This document shows, in pieces, positions 62,934-64,000 of a DNA stretch of 64,000 nt. Location of the stretch: assembly GCA_046306055.1 (NCBI GenBank), contig JBKDXR010000024.1, forward strand, positions 7,073 to 71,072, given 5' to 3'. The position numbers and the translations under genes are program-made. The notes under the pieces are model-generated. The model did not search any database. It was not told where the DNA came from and saw only the letters and a list, made by a program, of their open reading frames with translations. Within the stretch, counting starts at the first letter, position 1. Each line of letters starts with the position of its first letter. The stretch comes from Flavobacteriales bacterium (lineage in GTDB: Bacteria > Bacteroidota > Bacteroidia > Flavobacteriales_F > PHOS-HE28).

Positions 62934-64000
62934 TTGCAAGAAGAACCTTCCTGCATTATCCGCTTTTCCCTGTTCGTTGCCGGCGCGCTGCTGGCCGCGG
63001 CCACGCATGCCCAGCTCGAGTCCTTCCGTTACACCGGCCAGTTGGGCAAGCAGCCCGACTGGGTGCGGCTGATGTACAGCGTGGACGCCGATCCCGGCGC
63101 CGTTCAGGCGGCTTACGACGCCTATTACGCCACGCATCCGTACGTGAAGAACGCGCACACCCAGTATTTCAAACGCTGGAAGCGGGAGCTCGGCCATGAC
63201 CTGGTGCCGCGGGATCCCGCGCAGCGGGCGGAATATGCCGCCAACGTGCACGCCTACCTGAATGCCAGTGCGGACCTGCTGGCCTCCCGCGCGGCCAACT
63301 GGAGCTGCATCGGACCCACCGACTGGGACCACGGTGCGGTGGACAAGAGCTATGCCTGCGGCGCGGCACATGTGTACACCGTGGAACAGGCGGCCAGCAA
63401 TGGCAACATCATCTACGCGGGCACGGCCAATGCAGGCGTTTGGAAGAGCACGGACAAGGGCCTCAACTGGATGAACCTCACGAAGAACATGCTGGTGGGC
63501 GAGGTGCTCAGCGTGGAGATCGACCCCACCGATCCGAACACCGCCTGGTTCGGCGCAGCCGGCAAGCTGTACAAGACCACCAACGGGGGCGCCACGTGGA
63601 GCCAGGCGGGCGACGCCACCTTCAATGCGTTGAACCATTCGATCCGCGACATCGCCCTGCTGCCGGGCAACAACCAGAAGCTCTTCGTGTGCAGCGACCA
63701 GGGATTGTACCGCAGCGACAACGGCGGAACGTCCTTCACCCAGGTACAGCCCGGCACCTGGCAGGAGATCGAGTTCAAGCCGAACGATGTGGACACGGTG
63801 TACGCCGTGAAGCAGGTGAGCAACCGTACGGAGTTCTGGCGGAGCGTGAACAGCGGATCGGCCTTTGCGCAGGTCGGCACCGGCTGGCCGAACCCCGTGA
63901 GCCCGGATGAGCAGAAGCGCACGGAGCTCGCCGTTTCGGCCGCCGCGCCCAACACGGTGTATGCCCTGTGCACCGGCGCGGCCAATGGGGGCAGCGGGCT
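62934..64000 (+). CDS. secreted BNR/Asp-box (sortilin/VPS10-like) repeat protein, 5' part (continues beyond window)
   Basis: The frame is open from 62919 to the window end and is not in the ORF track because no stop is reached. Signal peptide IIRFSLFVAGALLAAATHAQ; repeated S/T-x-D/N-x-G-x-T-W motifs (KSTDKGLNW, TTNGGATW, RSDNGGTSF). The only in-frame start candidate is TTG 62934. Confidence 0.6.
   Translation, partial: MQEEPSCIIRFSLFVAGALLAAATHAQLESFRYTGQLGKQPDWVRLMYSVDADPGAVQAAYDAYYATHPYVKNAHTQYFKRWKRELGHDLVPRDPAQRAEYAANVHAYLNASADLLASRAANWSCIGPTDWDHGAVDKSYACGAAHVYTVEQAASNGNIIYAGTANAGVWKSTDKGLNWMNLTKNMLVGEVLSVEIDPTDPNTAWFGAAGKLYKTTNGGATWSQAGDATFNALNHSIRDIALLPGNNQKLFVCSDQGLYRSDNGGTSFTQVQPGTWQEIEFKPNDVDTVYAVKQVSNRTEFWRSVNSGSAFAQVGTGWPNPVSPDEQKRTELAVSAAAPNTVYALCTGAANGGSG

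Overview
This is a 64-kb chromosomal segment from a high-GC member of the Bacteroidota. That assignment rests on several C-terminal domains typical of type IX secretion (T9SS), TAnnTTTG-type -7 promoter boxes, no Shine-Dalgarno sites, and an ExbB-ExbD-ExbD cluster with a CarboxypepD_reg TonB-dependent receptor. Coding density is about 90%, and most genes are housekeeping: polA (3' end), yicC, gmk, nadD, udk, recJ, tadA, gdhA, dprA, kdsB, tatD, ansA, tRNA-Ser(GGA), exbBD, dusB, rbfA, an msbA-like ABC exporter, PBP1A, hflX, trpS, plsC and gatC. Interspersed are secreted or T9SS cargo genes: two tandem M43 metalloproteases, an M36 fungalysin, a PHM-like copper monooxygenase with a CxxCH motif, two tandem beta-solenoid paralogues, and a partial BNR/sortilin-like protein. 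I found no CRISPR array, rRNA, transposase, integrase or recognisable multi-gene defence island. The most unusual items are: (1) a RelE/antitoxin cassette with its own promoter, inserted inside the first about 20 codons of the lolE-like permease gene and bracketed by a 62-bp direct duplication; (2) cryptic, degenerate tandem 7- and 8-nt arrays in four 5'/intergenic regions, including a 17-nt element shared by the upstream regions of the two envelope ABC exporters; (3) two tandem T9SS beta-solenoid genes with 53-80-nt identical tracts at both termini and divergent cores that look more AT-rich. All family calls rest on motifs read by eye from the translations. No BLAST, HMM or folding was run. 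Start codons were refined manually, because the ORF track gives the longest ATG/GTG/TTG ORF.
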